64,000 bases of DNA, from positions 160,953 through 224,952 of the forward strand of contig NMRA01000646.1 in assembly GCA_002633005.1 (NCBI GenBank). Reading direction: 5' to 3'. A program made the translations under genes and the position numbers. This DNA is from Phoronis australis. Its lineage: Eukaryota; Animalia; Phoronida. Shown here piece after piece: positions 1 to 12,000 of the stretch; positions within the stretch are counted from its first letter, which is position 1, and each line of letters begins with the position of its first letter. The notes under the pieces are model-generated. The model saw only the letters and a program-made list of their open reading frames with translations, searched no databases and was not told where the DNA came from.

Positions 1-47
1 AGTCACTGGGGCCAGGACTGTGACGCCCTTAGTGGGGAACAAAGTGG
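1..47 (+). CDS. Gene 1 exon (3' part; linker VTGARTVTPLVGNKV)
   Basis: Ends G|GTAAGT at 47/48, phase 1, compatible with the next exon. Confidence 0.6.
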
Positions 48-3000
48 GTAAGTCTGTTTTGCTCTGCTATGTAGGTTCACATTCAAGCGTGTTTCGGATC
101 TAGCTCCCAATTACCTTTGACCATGAACTTTTGACCTTGTATCAACCATCAAGGCAAAACTTTGTTCTGGAAGTAATATTTGACATTTAGCTTGTTAACT
201 GGTCCAATAAATCATGGGGTGATCTCACATTTACCATGAACGCCCTGCCCCCATATTAGGGAACACCACCCCTTACCACAATCCTCCTCTTTCAGATCCT
301 TATAACCCTTCTTTTTGAAACTGGTTTTAAAGACTATTTCTTTTAATCATCCTCGTCCATTGTATTCTATTCATTTCATTTTATCTATTCCTGTTTTTAT
401 CATGCCATTTTGTGTTTTTGAAATTATTTTAACAATGAGCAGAGTCTGAAATGGAATAGATAATTTAAAAGTTAGTGTGGAATACTTCAAAGTTTTTAGC
501 TTTGAAGCAATGCAGTTTTCATCACAGTAATTAGTTACTAAAATTTATATTATTTGGTACATGGAGACTTACTCACTTCTGAGTTCAGTATAAGGTACAT
601 AGACCATGCATATTTGAACGAACCTTGTGGAACGTCTCTTTTTTCGATACCCTCAGCCAATGCTTTTTCGTCATTGAAAGGTTGCTCTTGGAATCCAATA
701 TCTTGGCAACTCGGAAAATATACCCTCAGTTCTCTCGGGGTGCCAAGTCAAAGGATGGTTGTCTGCACGACTAGTGTGGTGTACATTCAATCTGTATCCT
801 TGTAGGCTATTGTGAGTACAAAGGTAACAAGTACAATCAAGGTGCCAAGTGGAGAGATGGTTGTCTGTACAACTGCGAGTGTCTGGATGAAACCAATGGA
901 TACTATCAGTGCACAGATCTGTAAGTCGTATCACGGGGCTGTGGGAGCCATGGATATCTTTCCTTTACAATGACAACAAAGTCATTTCTTAAACCATTGT
1001 TTGAATTAGACCAAGTGTTTTTTGTTTTTAGTAATATATAGTACATGGAATCTATTTCAATATGTCAGGGTTGTTTTCACGTCAATCAAGATTTGTGTTG
1101 AGATGTGTTGAAAGAGATCATTCAAAATGTCCCCTAATTCCCATTGACCTATTTGGGACAACACCTGGAGTCGCATGTGCAATGCATTGTGGGAAAACTT
1201 GATCTTGTCAGTAACTAACAAAGCGTGTACCATTTGATGCCAAGTGGATAATTTACCCTAAATTTCTTCTCTCAGATGTGGATGCTTCGTTTTCATTTGT
1301 TTCTTAAAAAGTCAACGTGAATCTTGTGATCTCTTCATTCTGTTCAAGGTGTCCCAAATACAACAACTTGCCTGCCCAGTGTGTGCTGGAGACAGACCCC
1401 AGTAATCCATGCTGCAAGAAACCCAACTGTCAGTTTGTCACCAAGACAACGGTCATAACCGGTCAGGTTACGCCGTCAGCTACGACCCGGTCACCCGTTG
1501 TGACATCCAAACCAGGTGATGTTTGCACTCTTGAAGAATGATTTTTAGTTCATTGAGCGGGTTTGCGTGGAAGAGCTCAGTTGATGCACTGGTTCATTTT
1601 GCTTGCAACATGTGTGTTGCAGGATTTGATTTCTGCTGTCAGCACAAGCTATACTTGACGAAAGTTGGATTTCTGAATTCTCTAGAGCTTAGCTTTTCAA
1701 AACCCATAAGGGGTAATATAACTTACAATAACCTTCTCAGCCAGCCCATGAACCTTTTTTTTAGCTGATTTTACTTACACTGGCCTACTTGGACAGCTGT
1801 ATGATTAAGAGCAGGGTTCACAAAGAACTACTTTCACAGACCTTGTGTTTCAATTTCAAAAGGTCTATTGTGTGTGAAGGGCACCCATGTTTTTACTCTG
1901 TGGGCAAAGTTTTAAGCCACTATGTGGACAAGTTGTCCCCTCCAAGCCCATAATGTGATAAGTGTTAGTAATTTTCTAACACTGGTATCTCCTGCTGTGT
2001 ATGCATGCATCCGATATGTTGATATCTCTGTCGGCTTTTCAAGTATAGGAGTGTAGAGGACAATTTTCTGTATCCCCTCAAAATATGGGCGCCGTCTTGT
2101 TATTCTTTTTTTTGACAAGCATTCACATTTTGCTATCTTTCATTGATACTGTCTTGAATGTTCTTAATTTTCATTTTAGTCTGCGTCGACAAGATAAACA
2201 GCTGCAATGTTTATGGAAAGTCTGTATGCACTGAATATAAAGAATGGGCAACCGAGAACTGCCGTGATTATTGTGGGCTCTGTGGTGATGTTGTGAAACC
2301 CACAGCTTTAGGTAAACAAACTTGTTGAGACTTTGCCCAGATGTCTAACACATGGCACGTGTAGTAAAAGCTGTTACTCTGATATCTCCATGATAGCAAG
2401 TAGCAGCATATGTTAATAAAAACAACGGATTTAAATCGGCTTGACATGTTTCGGTGTTTATTGAAACACCATCATCAGAAGAAAATAAACAGTGGCCATC
2501 TTGCTAGGCCCAACAACAAGTAAGGATACACAGACACGTATCAAGCTGGTTTAAATCCGTCGTGGCTTTCATTTACTCCGATATCGCAATAGTCATCTGT
2601 CGGTGCAATTGCAATGTAAAGTAATGCTAAATTATGTCCACCATAAGTAGCTAGGATATATATTTGAATTTCAAATGTGGAGATTTAACCAACGATTGTC
2701 TTCAAGATTGATATCAGCACAGCAAATAGATCTGCCCAGTATTTGTACTGTCTGTCAAAATGCTGCGTAACGGTTTTATATTCAAGGTGTTTAGTTTTCT
2801 TATTTGCTGTGTTAAGAAACTGTTCATAAGAAATCATATGTACAATATATTTTATGAGTGATGGAATTGTTTAAGCTATCTTGGATGACATTCAAAACGG
2901 GGCCCGTGCTGACCCTGTTTCTTTTCAGCACTAGCTTTCTTTCACTAGCTTTCTGTCACTAGCTTTGTCTCACAATCGTTGTGTGTAACTTAGTATCAGT

Positions 3001-6000
3001 AATGTGGCTTCACTGTTCCAGCCAAGTTCTGTGTGTACACTGACAACCGAAAGTTTGGACAAGATGAAACATGGGAAGATGGCTGCAAGTACAGATGTAA
3101 ATGTGAAGATGCCGACATTGGCTACTACGTGTGTACAGACAGGTAGGGAATTATTAATGTTATCCTTATCCACATTTGTAAGTGGCAAAACTTGTCTTTT
3201 CAAGGCTCTTGAGCAAAAAATAGGATATTACTTGCCATACCCCAATAAAATGCAAAAGTTAACTAATGTATTGGAAGCAATCTTATATATATCTCTTGAT
3301 AGCATATGTGTGTACCTATATCTTCATTCTTGTCTGCTCAGGTGCAAAACATACAACAACCTTCCTTCGTTCTGTCAACTTGTGCCCGACACCGCGGACC
3401 CGTGCTGTAGGGTCCCCAAGTGCGACTTCCCCAGTTTCACTCAATCTCCGGTCACTGGCAGTGGCAGTGGCAGAGTGACGGCAAAACCTGGCACCAAGCT
3501 CAGTAAGTCAAGACATGGTCTGTAAATATTGCAACTATGTTAAACTTTAGTAAGTCAACAGGTGGTATGTAAGTATTGCAACTATAGTATACTTAGTAAG
3601 TCAACAGATGGTTTGTAAATATTGCTACCATGTTGTACTTTACATATTGAATGTGAACCTCTTAGTGATAGCAAACTTGTTCTTGTATGCCAAGAATTTT
3701 GTGTTTTATTTTCTTGGTATTTAGCTTAGCTTTTGAATGGGTAACGACCCAAGTAGGCAGAGGATCCTCATCCCAATAAACCTATCCACTCAAACGGCTG
3801 TGCAAAGTTGCCTGGCCAATTAGGAAAGGCACTTAAAGTTGCGTGAAATGTCGTTACAAAATTGCAATTTTTTAGACTAAGTCTCAGATCTGATGTTTTT
3901 CCTTGATAATTCACTTGTGTTCTCGCTCATAGTTTTCATCAACGTTATTAAATAATCTGAAACAGGAATTTCTCAATTAGGCTTTAACAGTGTTTTTTTT
4001 TCTGTACATATGGCGCGTTTTGTAGACGTCTGCCCAAAGTCATTATAAGGTCACCATCTCCCAGTGTGATTAGTGTAAAAATGGCCAGTTGCCGTTTGGG
4101 CAACTGAATGAAGGACTGTTCAAAGAAAAAGTTTGGTTATGAGAGTATTTGTTCAAGTTGTAAGTAATTAAAGACATGTACAGGCTCTAAAGGTGTCCCC
4201 TCCCTGTGGTGGTTTAATCAGTGTGAGGCATTCATTGAAAAGCTTTCAGTGTATGGAGGGCCTATGGGATATCCACCGTCTCTACTGCCAGTTGAGACTG
4301 GCATTATCTAGGTCATACGTTGTTTGCATTCTGCATTACCTTGGTCAGGACTTTCAGGTTCCAACTCCATCTGTCTTCACGATACTAGTTGTGTCCTACT
4401 TTACTCTGTTACAGCGTACTGTGAGTATAAGGGTACAAAGTACAGCAAAGGCGCCACCTGGAAGGATGGATGCTCATACAACTGCGAGTGCATTGATGAG
4501 ACCACAGGATACTACGAGTGCACAGATATGTAAGGATCTTTACTTCACTTATTGCTTTTATGTTTCCTATAATTGTCTTTTTTCCGGTCACTAATTTTGT
4601 CTATATCAGTTTCCAAGTGTGCTGAGATGCAGTGCTTTAGTGCACTGTGGCATTTTGAATTTGTAGGGTGATTAGTTCGCATAGTGGTTCATGGTCCTGC
4701 TGAGAAGATAATTGTTTTATTGCCCTATATGGGTTTTGAATAGCTAAGGCCAGAATGGGTAGAGTTACGAAATTAAGTGCAACTCACTTCGCTAAGGCAA
4801 CTGTCCATGATTGCAAAATTATTGCAAGGTAGTATATCCAACAAAATGCTCGGTATTATGTGATACATTTTACTTCATATTCTGGTCATTAATTTGGACA
4901 CTTGTTCTATGCAGGTGCCCAACCTATAACAACCTTCCTCCAGTATGCACACTGGTACAAGATCCTACTAACCCTTGCTGCAAGAAGCCCTCTTGTTCAT
5001 TTGTTTCCAAAACTACCGTCATCACCGGTCAAGTGACACCAGCGCCACCTACTAAACCAACGGGTAAGCTTACTCGTGCTTAAGAAATATTCATTTGAGT
5101 GCTGTTTAAAAATCACATGGGATACTGATGAAATAGAAAGTATGTGACACCCACAGGTTTCTTTTTTGTCAAAAATTCCCATGGGGGTGTGCACTATTCG
5201 CATTCTAGTGCATAGAGCAATTCTACATTTCACAGGGTGTTTCACTATCATTGTATGCTCCATTAATTTTACATTTGGCCATTGCATGACACGTGCCACA
5301 AAAGCGAATTCTGTGTACTGCTAGGCATTCGGGCAAGGTCGGGGTTTGTTTACAGCATTGTTATTGTTGTGATGGCATTGAGTGCTCCTTATGCCTACAG
5401 AAATATGAGTATGAGTGATATTGTTTTCACAATATCGAAATTTTCTATCAAACAACCAGATGTCAGTTGCAGACATTACCACTAATATGCATACGTCATA
5501 TTATCAAAGTAATTGTAATTAATTATTTTATCAATGTAAAAACTGCAACCGTAAACATGTTTGTAATATCGTTTTCACTTTACATAGAGACCTGTAGTGC
5601 CTTCTGTTTTAATATTTATTACGAAAACACATTAGAGTTAAGCATTACTACTGCCTTTTGTCTGTCCACGGCATGCACTGATGTTCTCAAAAATGCACTG
5701 AATAAATCATATAGCGAAGCCAATTTAAATTTATTTGTGTATAAATTAAATTTAATTTTATGGAAACCAATAAATTTTTTTAATTAAAAATTTCTCAATA
5801 ATTAGCAACAAATTTTAAAGCAGTATCCAACAAAACTATCAAAAATTGTAAATTTTCTGAATCATTTGTTTGGGTATTTAATGTAGTGGAGGTTCGGGGA
5901 AATTCAGACGAAGGTACTTAGCTTGACTTGCTTATCTGCTATAAATTGAAGGCTAATAACATTTGACGAGTCATGGGAAATTCGCAAATCTTTGAGAAAT

Positions 6001-9000
6001 CAACCAATGATACTCTTCGTAACTAGTTCAGTGTGAATGCGTTCAAATAAAGACAATGGTCAAAATCTAGGAAATTAGGATACAGGTGAGGGAAATCGGA
6101 CAGAGCGGCAGGGATCAGCAAACTCTGAATGGGAAAAACTTGGACAAAATAAATAATAGTTCTTTATGATTTCAAAATATTAGCAGTGTCATCATGAGCG
6201 AATAACAAAATTTGAGAAGTCATGGCCTGACCACATAAACGATGTGAAAGCAAAATATGTGTCATTGTCAATTTATGTGCAGCCCACATTTTAAACAGCG
6301 CCATTGTTGTTGACAATTTATGTCGTAAATTGACCTCTATACACAGAAGGTCATCACGTGAGTATAAAAATCTCTCAAACAAGCACCGAGAAAAGTAGCC
6401 TAAAGGGATAGTGTCCAAATTTCCCGCAGCATGCAAAGAGTTGGAGGGGAAATTGGGACTCCCTTTTTATCAAATCACGCATTTTTGTATGTTTTTGTAT
6501 TAATACAGGAAACAGCAGCGTTATTTGATAATGAAGTAAAGAAATAATAAAAACAGCGTGCTTTGTAATGACAATGCTGTGGGAGTTTCCCAGGGATTCC
6601 CATGTCATCCTAAGAAATATAGACGAGAAGTGTGTGCAAATACCTAGAATTTGCACTACCATAGATGCAAAATGGCATTATGTTGAATATTGTGCGAGGT
6701 GACGGCAAAATGAAATTACTGAACAAATGCTTTTGTTATGCACCCACATATTTGGGCGCATTATGCTGTCTGTCCGTCCGTCTGTCCATCTGGCGTCCGG
6801 CGTCCGCTGCTCTATCTCCATAACCCCTTGACGTATGTTCATAAAATTTTGCACAGTCATGTGTTCCTTCCGTGGATGGGGCGGCGTGAGCGAACTTTCG
6901 GATCGATCCAACGACCGGTGTCCCCCCTAGTGGCAGTTTTTGTTTTTTACGCTTACCTCTGTATTTTCAAAAGTCCTTAACGGATTTTTATGAAATTCTG
7001 TAATATGTAGGCACCTAGTTGTGAGATGACGCATCTAACTACTGTGGCGCCTCTTAGTGGTAGTTTTGTTTTGTTTTGTTTTGCGCCTATAGCTGTATCT
7101 CCTAAACCCAATGCAGGATCTTTATTAAATTTAATAAATGTATTTATATAAAGATAACAACAGACGGATGCGGTGTCCACTAGTGGCAATTTCATTTTAT
7201 TCTGTTTCCCTTTGTTTCTCTGAAGTTCCTCCACAGATTTTCATGAAATATGTCATGTTCCTGTTTTTGGATGGATTGTACGTTTTTGCATCATCTAGTG
7301 GCCATTTTCATGATACAAATAAATAACCCTAAAAGCACACCATTGGTCCACCTTACTCATTTACATAAAAAAGTCTTGCAAAACGAGACTTTAGCGAAAT
7401 TGTAATGGTAACTGGTTCTCGGATAGTTTCAGGCACACTGGAGGACTCGGGGGTTGTGTGTAAATTATTAATTCATTTGCATATTTATGGTTTTAATGAA
7501 TGATACATAGCATCTTTAAGTTTGAGATAATGTCAAGTTGTTTAGCTAGTAAGTTAACCAAAGAATCATACTATTAGTGATGTAAGATAGAACATAATTT
7601 TGCTTTCCTCTTAAAAATTCAGTATGACCCATGTTTGTCATTTTTGACACCACTTTCAAGTTCAGATGCTGCAGAGTATGACAAGAGAACCGATTGTCAC
7701 TAGTGTGGTACTGATATTTGCTAAAATCAGTACAGAGAGTGGGCCAAAGAGAACTGTGAGGGTTACTTTGGACATTGTGGTGGCATATTCACTCCAAAGC
7801 CAAATCACATCGATATCCGGGTGGAATTTTAAAACCACTTCAACCATCAATAATTACCATTTGTTATGTACCAAGTGAGTTGCTAGTTTTTTTTTTGATC
7901 AGTAAATATTTTTACGGTATCCAATCATTAAAGGATTTAGTTCAACTGACTTGCTCATTCATAGATGTCTAAAAGTGAAAGTTAAAAGTCACTATTTGTT
8001 GCTATCATTGTCTTGCAGATTGTACTGACAAGAGGTCTGATTGTAACCAGTATGGTGGTGACATTTGTTACAATGAGTACATGGATTGGGCCAGAGAGAA
8101 TTGTGCTGATTACTGTGGACATTGTGATGGTACATTCACTCCAAGGCCAAATCCTGGCACTACAAAATCTCCAGTTGCTAGTACAAAGTCACCCAACCCA
8201 AGCACTGGCGTTGTACCCAATCCATCTACCAAGAAACCAGGTGGGATTTTGAAATCACCTTCACCTTCAATATAATAAACCGTTTGTTGTGGACCAAGTA
8301 GGTTTGTTGTGGACCAAGTAGGTTTGTTGTTCAGTATAACCTGTCATCACGGTTTGTGATGTGAAAGTTTTCATTGATAGGCATTATCAGTTTTCCTTTT
8401 GTTTTTAACATCACTTACAAGAGAGCTTATTATGTAAACAGTGCGGTAGTGACCTCTTTGGAATAACTGCAACAAATTGGACATACAGGATTGCGTTAAT
8501 TATTGTGGATATTGCAGTTGTTATGCATTCTCTCCAAGGCCAAGTCCTGAAATGTCAAAAGCACTACTTGCCAGTACAAAATTTCTCCTCACAATTAAAC
8601 TAATTACTGACATTGTAACTAATGCGTCTACCAAACCACCAGGTGTAATTTTCGAATCGCGTTAGCCATGAACAAGTACCAAGATTTTTTGTTGGCCAAG
8701 CAAGCTGTTCAGTATGACATACTTTGGTCGTGTGCATTAATTTTATTCGTGTGTTTATTGTGTAGTGTATGTAGTTTACGGTATCCAATCATTTAAGCAT
8801 TTGGTTCACCTGAGTTGCTCATTTAGTGCAACTTAAAAATGATGGTTAACAGGCACTATCTTTGGTATCATTGTCGTTCAGGTTGTACTGACAAGAGAAC
8901 TGATTGTAACCAGTACAGTAGGGAAGTTTGTTACAATGAGTACATGGATTGGGCCAGAGAGAATTGTGCTGATTACTGTGGACATTGTTCTGGTACATTT

Positions 9001-12000
9001 ACAAAAGGACCTGTTGTTTCGCCGAAACCGGGTACTGGGATTGTCCCGAATCCAACAACAAGTAGACCAGGTGTGAGTAATAAACCACCTTCACGGACCA
9101 CCAGAAAGCCAGGTGTCACAGTGATTCCAGGTATATTATTCTGATATTTAGTATTTTTATTCTTAGATCTTTCAAAGAATGCAAAGTGCATGGAAGTACC
9201 ACTTGTTATTGAGATTGTATTTCATGTTTGAATTTGGTATACATCATGATCATGGATTCTGTATGTTGTTGTTTATCTTACATCGGTGTAATCCTGTGAT
9301 TGTGTTTGGTGTTGAGTATTGGGTGATTAAGGACACTTTTCACCCTGCTTAGCAGCCTAAAACGAGAAGTTTAAAGTAGGTTTTTTACTCTGAGCAAGTC
9401 AGCCTCATAATATTCAATGCCATGGTAGGATTACATTATTTACATCACTGCCTCATTTCACGGTCAATAGGTACACGCATGTTGTTCGAATTCTCCCTTT
9501 AGTGTTGGCTAACCACAGTTACCTCATCTGCATTTTTTGTGTCACTGATGGTCTCAGTGTTCTTTTTATAATGGAAAGGAAAACCCTATTGTAAGGAATA
9601 TTGTGGAAATGATAATGTTTATAGGAATTGGCCAAATTGGACCTTCGTTTTTACTCAGCTAAAGGGAGCAAAGTGTAATTTTATTCAAGCCATTTCCTTT
9701 TTTCTTCTAGGTTGTGTTGATAAGATTCCAAACTGTCACGACTATTCTCCTGATGTGTGTTTCAATGAGTACAGTGATTGGGCCAAACAGAACTGTGCTG
9801 ACTTCTGTGGACATTGTGATGGTACATTCACTCCAAGGCCAAATCCCGGCACTACAAAATCTCCAGTTGCTAGTACAAAGGCACCCAATCCAAGAAGTAG
9901 CATTGCACCCAATCCATCTACCAAGAAACCAGGTAAGAACTTGGGATCACTTTGACATTCAAAAAGTAAACCATCAACTATGTTAATGTTTAATATAACA
10001 TGTTTTTACTAACGTGCTGTATGAAATTAATCATTGATAGCCATTATCAATTTTACTTCTTGAGATTGTACTTGTAGCTAATTGTAACCAGTGTTGTAGT
10101 GACCTTTTTAACAATAATTACATCGAGGACTGTTGATCATTGTGGACATTGTACGTAATCCATCAACCAAACTAACTGTTGCAACTTTGGAATCACCTTA
10201 GGCATGAACAGGTACCATTTTTATGGACCATGCAGGCTGTTCAGTATAATGGGTATTGGCCATGTGCATTAATTGTTGTGTTTGAAGTGTGGTTCATGTT
10301 TTTACAGTATTCAATCATTTAAGGGTTTGATTCAACTAATTTACTCACTAATAGGAAGTGAAGGGCACTATGTGTTGGTATGATTGTCCTTCAGATTGTA
10401 CTGACAAGAGAACTGATTGTCACCTGTATGGTAGTGACATTTGTCACAATGAGTTCAAGGATTGGGCCAGAGAGAATTGTGCTGATTACTGTGGACATTG
10501 TCCTGGTACATCTACTCCAAAGCCAAATCCTGGTACATCCAAAGCACCAGTGGCAAGTACAAAGGGACCCGTTGTTTCGCCGAAACCGGGTACTGGGATT
10601 GTCCCGAATCCAACAACAAGTAGACCAGGTGTGAGTAATAAACCACCTTCACGGACCACCAGAAAGCCAGGTGTCACAGTGATTCCAGGTATATTATTCT
10701 GATATTTAGTATTTTTATTCTTAGATCTTTCAAAGAATGCAAAGTGCATGGAAGTACCACTTGTTATTGAGATTGTATTTCATGTTTGAATTTGGTATAC
10801 ATCATGATCATGGATTCTGTATGTTGTTGTTTATCTTGCATCGGTATAATCCTGTGATTGTGTTTGGTGTTGAGTATTGGGTGATTAGGGGCACTTTTCA
10901 CCCTGCTTAGCAGGCTAAAACGAGAAGTTTAAAGTGGGTTTTTTACTCTGACCAAGTCAGCGTCATAATATTCAATGCCATGGTAGGATTACATTATTTA
11001 CATCACTGCCTCATTTGACAGTCAATAGGTACACGCATCTTTTTCGAATTCTGCCTTTAGTGTTGGCTAACCACACTTACCTCACCTGCATTTTTTTGTG
11101 TCACTGATGGTCTCAGTGTTCTTTTTATAATGGAAAGGAAAACCTTATTGTAAGGAATATTGTGGAAATGATTATGTTTATAGGAATTGGCCAAATTAGA
11201 CCTTCTATTTTACTCAGCTAAAGGGAGCAAAGTGTAATTTTATTCAAGCCATTTCCTTTTTTCTTCTAGGTTGTGTTGATAAGATTCCAAACTGTCTCGA
11301 CTATTCTCCTGATGTGTGTTTCAATGAGTACATGGATTGGGCCAAACAGAACTGTGCTGACTTCTGTGGACATTGTGATGGTACATTCACTCCAAGGCCA
11401 AATCCTGGCACTACAAAATCTCCAGTTGCTAGTACAAAGGCACCCAATCCAAGAAGTAGCATTGTACCCAATCCATCTACCAAGAAACCAGGTAAGAACA
11501 TGGGATCACTTTGACATTCAAAAAGTAAACCATCAACTATGTTAATGTTTAATATAACATGTTTTTACTAATGTGCTGTATGAAATTAATCATTGATAGC
11601 CATTATCAATTTTACTTCTTGAGATTGTACTTGTAGCTAATTGTAACCAGTGTTGTAGTGACATTTTTTACAATAATTACATCGAGGACTGTTGATCATT
11701 GTGGACATTGTACGTAATCCATCAACCAAACTAACAGTTGTAACTTTGGAATCACCTTAGGCATGAATATGTACCATTTTTATGGACCATGCAGGCTGTT
11801 CAGTATAATGGGTATTGGCCGTGTGCATTAATTGTTGTGTTTGAAGTGTGGTTCATGTTTTTACAGTATTCAATCATTTAAGGGTTTGATTCAACTAATT
11901 TACTCACTAATAGGAAGTTAAGGGCACTATGTGTTGGTATGATTGTCCTTCAGATTGTACTGACAAGAGAACTGATTGTCATCTGTATGGTAGTGACATT

